DNA of 64,000 nt from Azolla caroliniana. Its lineage: Eukaryota; Plantae; Polypodiophyta. A program made the translations under genes and the position numbers. Position 1 is the first letter of the stretch. Every line of letters begins with the position of its first letter. A model generated the notes under the pieces. That model had not been told where the DNA came from, searched no databases, and saw nothing but the letters and a program-made list of their open reading frames with translations. The stretch is taken from the NCBI GenBank assembly GCA_043228905.1, contig JBHGNT010000011.1, positions 15,562,001 to 15,626,000 of the forward strand. The letters run 5' to 3'. This document shows, one piece after another, positions 52,685 to 64,000 of this stretch.

Positions 52685-54484
52685 ACATACCCCCAAAATT
52701 AAAATGCCACTGCAATGTGCATCAGATCGATCATTGGCCATCAATTAAAATTTGATGACACTTTTAATATAAACAAAGACCACAAAAGAAAGTCATTTGG
52801 AAAATTCAGTTACATTTTCATATAATTGATCTCCTATTGAATTTCACTAGATTTTTCAAGCAAGTTTTCCATCGTGTTTATGTTTGTATAACATATATTT
52901 TGAACTAATATTTCAATTCCCAGAACATTTCATTTATTTTGCATGAACAGTACATTAGTAAGCTCTAAAATGATTCTATCAAATTTTGGGGAATATAGCC
53001 AAACCCTAATTGAGAAATAGCCATGAATTTCCAAAATCCTTGAAAATTTGCCATTCTGACAAGGAATCACCCATGTTTCCTTTTTTACTTGGATGACGAT
53101 GATCATCATCATTATGTAATACAGTCCTTGAATGATGTGATGATGATCATCATATAATACAAAGACCACCTATCTGTCCATTTCTCAAGATAACTAATTA
53201 AATATAAATACAGATGTACCTGATCGGCACAAAGTCGCAAAAACAATCCTTGAAATCCTGGCATCGGAATTAGTTTGGGCAACAGTCCATACCTAAATGC
53301 GTAGAACATGCAAAAACATCCCACCATACAATACACTATCACTTTTCTCCCATCCTTTCCATTGCAAAACTTCACTATAAACGTAATTGTAGATAGCATA
53401 CCAAAAATGCAAGCCAGGTCCACTCAGAAAAAAGCCAAGAGCAGTAAATGATAGAATTCGCTGAATATCCAGCTGTGGAACCTTCTCAAAAAAGATCTGT
53501 TGAGGAAAATAAAATACACAATCTGAGCTTGAGAGGAATTCTTTTTAAGTCTTTTCGAATATAGTATTACAAGAACAATGAAGGGTTTAGGCTAATCTAA
53601 ATCCTAATCCTAAAAACATAAATGTAACACCTTGAGTGTTCTTTAGCGTATGATTTATAACTTATACCTCAAGAGGCATGAGAAATACATAGGGGATACA
53701 AATTGTATACTCCAGAAATGTACCATAAATTCTAAATTAGGAAAATACATTTGAATTATTAGTTTCCATAAAAAGTTCAATTCCAAAAAGATTGATGATA
53801 ATATGAGAAACATAAGTTGAAATCTATAAAAACCCATTAAAATAATTCTACGGGACAATACACCAGTTTTTTTTTTTTAAGGGGAAATATTTTTTGGATA
53901 TTTACTTGGCAAACAAGGTCGGCAAAAAGATTGAGGAATCCAGTAGTTATGCTTTTGATGAGAAGAGGATTTTCTTCCAGCATGTCCATATACCTGACAC
54001 ATCACTTGAGAGGAAACAATCCAGTGTCCCAAAATCAGTAAGCAACACAACTTGTATATGATCAATCAAAAGAGAAAAAAAACTAAATGAAAGAAAATCC
54101 ACGAATTGTCTTGCAGACAAACCTGAACCAAAAACTGCTCAAAAGACCAAATCCACCTGGTTTTCCAAAACCATCATTGTTGCCACCAAAACCACCGGCA
54201 CCATCATTGTTGCCACCAAATCCACCGGCATCATCATTGTTGCCACCAAAACCGCCAGCGCCATCGTTATTGCTGACATAAGCCTTTCTGAAGGCATAGT
54301 GGAGAAAGGGAGGATTGTGAGGAGGAGTACTATGTAATGTGAAGGAGGGGGAGGGAAGACGATGCCCTTCCATGAGGTTAACAGGGGACCAGACGCGGTG
54401 GAGAAGAGGAGGGCAATCTGTTGCAGGGAAGAAGAGACCATGGAAGTGGTGAGAACCACAGGAAGAGATGGCTGCCATGGTCAT
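52189..54484 (-). CDS. Mpv17/PMP22 (PXMP2-family) membrane protein with transit-peptide-like N-terminus (~287 aa, 7 exons)
   Basis: Exons 54484-54123, 53993-53906, 53496-53402, 53292-53220, 52632-52540, 52453-52367, 52254-52189. YMDMLEENPLLIKSITT..DLVCQ, GPGLHFWY, RLCADQIVFTP, ANWKLWIPFQLINFGLVPSQLQV. Confidence 0.9.
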
Positions 54485-54504
54485 GGATCTTTCTCTGAGA
54501 ATCT

Positions 54505-54551
<47 letters not shown>

Positions 54552-54729
54552 AACCCTTCCTTCCCTTGGTGGAGTAGGTTTGGGGCCCGTGGGGGGTCTA
54601 GGCCACGTGGATGGTATGGACCCCACGGCCCGCCATGTCACCCGGTTTCCCGTGGCCGTGGTGCGCCCGACCAATGAATGTGACCACCCAAGTATCACAA
54701 CATGAGAGCAATCCACCATCTATTTTTAG

Positions 54730-54960
54730 GTGTTGTCATCGCCATGTCATCATCATGGTCATGGTCATTGCCACATCATCATCATCATCATCAGTACCAC
54801 GTCATTATCATCATCATTGCCACATCATCAGTGCCACATCATCATTGTCACTCATCATCATCATCATCGCCACATCATCATCATCGTCGTCGTCGTCGTC
54901 GTTGTCATTGCCACATCACCATCACAACATCATCATCACAGTTATTGTCATCGACATCAC
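54730..54960. repeat. (CAT)n-rich degenerate repeat with GCCACATCATCA units
   Basis: Direct read. Explains the His/Ser/Ile-run ORFs in 54611..55019. Confidence 0.8.
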
Positions 54961-56989
54961 TTTGGGAAGGGCCCTGGGTTGTGATTATCATTGCTATGAT
55001 CTTTCGATTGAATGAGTGAATGTACTGCATCAACACACACACACACACACACACACTTGTGCATGTGTTGAAGGAGCCCAACACACATTGTCGAAAATTT
55101 GCCAAGAACTTCAATGATGAATGATTAGACTTCCTAGAAATGTGGTTGCCTTATGATCGGTATGGATGTTTCGAGATATACGGGGGGCACCACGTTAGCA
55201 AATTTGGGGGAGATGCTAGGGTCATGATATTAAAAGGAAACTTGTTTTAGTGGAGTTAGTGTTTCTACTAAATCATCACTATAATATTATGTGGCTTCCC
55301 GGTTTTCCCTGGTTTTATTGAACCACTAGTTGAGCCAATTCCACCCTTGGTTTCAAGCATTAATTCAGAGTCGACGGGGGTTACACTCTACTGCAATGCA
55401 CCACCTAAACCCTAAATCCTTTTAGCAGATTTGCGTTGACCAATACTCTCCTACATGGGACCTATAGCGCTCGTGTAATTGTGTTGCATGTAAAGTCAAG
55501 AAGCTCCAACAACTTGAAAGGCAAGACAATTGTATCACTAGTCTATTATATGAACAATGTGTTGTGAAGGGTGACGATGTCATTTGCACTAATTTTGTGG
55601 AAAATGAGAAAATGTAAGAGTTGTAAAGCCAATTTATAGGACCGAACTTGTAAGATTGCAAACTGAATTGTGATCAAGATAGAAATGTGCGCACGAATAT
55701 CTCAGGATTAAAATATAGGGAAAACAAGCTTGGGCATTGCAGTAGAGTGCAACACCTTAATTGTTGAACTTGTTTGGTTCAAGACATACATTATATGAGG
55801 TGAGTAGTATGAAAGTGATGGTGCATATTCTGAACAAGTGTATGGTTTTGGCATCTACATGTGAGTGCAGATTACCCATTGATAGAATAAGATGGTTTTG
55901 TAGCATAGTACCAAATTTGTTATATATTATCCAAAGCAAAGTAATTTTGTCTCTCCCAATCCTACAATGGCACTGCAAAAAGCCTTATTCACTAAAGAAT
56001 CTAGTGAAGTAGTGGAATGCACCACATTTAGTAGTCACATCTAGTGAAGTAATGCAAATAATGAGATTTGAACCACATTGCATGCTTAATGACCATGGAT
56101 AGCTATTAGGATAGAATCCTTAGATTTCTTTGCTTATGTAGCCTATGTATCATAAAGTTATCATATTATTTGTTATGTATTAATGCCTAGAAAAGTATTA
56201 GTACTACCTTTAACATCTTGTATTTTCATATATACGTATGGTATAAAAAAGTATGCAAATTCATCGACAAATTGAAATGATGTGGATTTCTCAAGATGTT
56301 TGCATGATTACAAATGTTGAGTGCATATAAATTTGTACCCGTGACTTTCTTGAAGGTGCATAATTTGCACTCAATGGTAGAAGGCCTAACAAGCTTACAA
56401 CTCAAAAGTTTGCTTTGATGTGCAAACATAGAAACAATCGATCGAAGTTTGATGAGATGATGAGCATTATGTTCTAACTCATGGGGTGGGGTGTTTGCAA
56501 ATGGTCAATCATGGGATAATATGACGTCTCTCACTATGGCTAGTAGTATATTCATTGCATTTGGAGCTTTGTTCTTCATTGATTTGATGGAGATCACAAA
56601 TCAACCAAAAGGTTGATAATCTAGTTTTCCCATTACGCCATAATAGCTACACACAATCCATAATTTGAAACTTCGTGAGTGAGGAGTTGGAATGGTGATA
56701 ATCTGGATGCAAGCGCCCTATGGTTTTATTAGGTAAGATGGTTAATGACCATATACATTTGATATTCTTATGGATAATATGATGGTGATAAGGGAATAGA
56801 ATCAAAACACTTGGGGTTACACTAATTGGAACAATGTCGATGAAAATCTATTAGCAACATTAACCAAATTGTCCATAATTTTGAGATGGGATGATTTGGA
56901 GAGTGTCTTTCCAAATTGATAAAATAATTTAGACATAGATGGAGGATCTCTCTTGAACCTCATATTCTTCATCATCATTAATCACAAAT

Positions 56990-57445
56990 TGATAGAGGAA
57001 GTCTAGGTATGTATGGCTACAACAAAGAAACATGAAAGATTAGGCATATGATGTCATAGAACAATAAGGACCACGATGATAATAATCAAACTTGTTACGA
57101 GGATGCGTAATCATGTGTAAATCTCTTTACTCCCTTGAACCTTGGATTCTTCTTGATCAGCACTCACAACTAGAAAACTTAGTGAAGGAATATGAAGACT
57201 AGCTATATATGGCTACAACAATGAAGCATGAAAGTTTGGGCACACGTGCAAAGTTGATGCTCACTCGAGGCCTAAAGCAATGCCATTGATACACAAGGAC
57301 CAAGATGGTTATATCAAACTTGTTACAAGGATGTGCAATCATGAATGAATCTCTTTACTCTATTAAACCTCAGATTCCTCTTGATCATCATTCACAACTA
57401 GAAGAATTAGTGGAGGAATAGGAAGACTAGCTATATATGGCTTCA
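56990..57445. repeat. ~200-bp degenerate tandem repeat, 2 full copies plus 1 partial
   Basis: gaag.ctag.tat.tatggct recurs at ~56998, 57194 and 57422; caaacttgttac..ggatg.g.aatcatg...aatctctttactc occurs twice. Confidence 0.75.
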
Positions 57446-57790
57446 AAACACTTGCAATGAATCTAGTACCACGATCGTTGACAATGATATCCAACAACCA
57501 TACAGTTGAGCAACTTTGTGAAGAACTTAATATGCCTTCATTGATGATGACACAATTGAATGGAAGAAAATGAGCCATCTTCAAAATTTGATCAATAATG
57601 ACTATGCCACATATTCGTGTGCAGTCTTCACAATGTGGGGAGGAGAGTGGGGCAGAGTGTCCAAAAATGAATGGAGGCTTGGATATTGGATCCAAAATAT
57701 GAAGGTTATGTATAATGAAATTGTCCAAGACACTAAACCTCCCCTCTCCATGGGTTTAATGCAATGAGATTTTGGGAAGGCCAGCCAATT
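57445..57790 (-). mobile_element. Ty3/Gypsy integrase remnant
   Basis: GIVIIDQILKMAHFLP and DIIVNDRGTRFIAS resemble the Gypsy rve motifs VVVDRL.K.AHFIP and IVSDRD.RF.S. Confidence 0.6.
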
Positions 57791-58176
57791 GAATAGACAT
57801 GTTGCAAAGGGCAACGGGCTTACGTATTGTCAGTGCCAATGGGTTTTAGTCATCAAGATATGGGATTTTCTTATTAGGTTGTATCAAAATTTATCAAATA
57901 TTTTGGCAGACATCGACATCGACAATTACTTCTATTTAATTTAACATCACATTGTCCGATGCATTTTTTTCTTACAGAATAACACAATGCTTTATATAAA
58001 CAAATAATTATTAAATTGATGTTAGGATACAATGGTAATGATTTTCATTGTATATCCCTTCATAATATAATGAAATTAAGGACTTGCAACTTCAATTTAC
58101 AATATTTTCCAAATGTGAACTGAATGACCATACCAAGAATTGCTCTTGCAAGTCAGTCCTTGGTTTCCATTACTCT

Positions 58177-63554
<5,378 letters not shown>

Positions 63555-64000
63555 CTGTACAAATTCAAACATTCAGTTTGGTGAAATGAAAACATTAAAA
63601 AATCATCAACACAATTGTTTTAGTTATGAAGATAAAATAACATGCAGTGGTTTGTGGAATTTTTCGATAATTGCTAAACCGCTGTAAATTGTCAATTTTC
63701 CTTTGCTTCTTGCTTCATTGAATCTATCCAATTCCTGAATCAATAATGTTGTATTTATGTTTCAGGTCAGTTTTGCTAAACAATTTTAGTTTCTTTGTTA
63801 TTTGGCACCCAGGGGTGGAAGCTTGGATATTTATGTGAGTTTTATCCCATAGGTCAAGTTTGGCCTCTAGTGAGAATGAATTTAGTGTTCTTTCTTTCTT
63901 CCTTTGTTCTATGCCTGCCAACTTTTCATTTGTTGCATAAGCCCATGCATTCATGTGGTTTAGGAAGATTTTTTATTTGTTCGATATACTCTCTCTTGTA

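Noticed and set aside
63724-63954. 76-aa minus-strand ORF as a PEX1 exon
   Set aside because: Ends in a stop, no clear in-frame donor, no recognisable PEX1 motif; left unassigned.

Overview
AT-rich land-plant nuclear DNA with spliceosomal GT-AG introns and many microsatellites. The style of the genes and LINEs suggests a seed-free plant such as a fern, but this is inference only. Eight protein-coding genes were assembled by hand from splice sites. On the minus strand: a SEC14/CRAL-TRIO protein, a double-C2 protein, a LOG2/LUL-type RING E3 ligase, an Mpv17/PMP22 protein and the 3' part of PEX1. On the plus strand: FtsZ1, thioredoxin f and an STR10-like rhodanese. There is also one tRNA-Ala(AGC). 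Intergenic DNA holds decayed LINEs, a Copia-type solo LTR nested in a LINE, Copia and Gypsy remnants and hAT-like non-autonomous elements. No prokaryotic system or CRISPR array is present, and I cannot claim a wholly new biological system. The best leads are: (1) repeated intron growth by local duplication of exon/splice-donor junctions (Trx f, STR10); (2) an unannotated tandem array of micro-exon-like units converging on the SEC14 gene; (3) a C2 gene built from an exact four-exon module duplication; (4) a miRNA/MITE-like hairpin in a PEX1 intron; (5) a run of five adjacent organelle-function genes.
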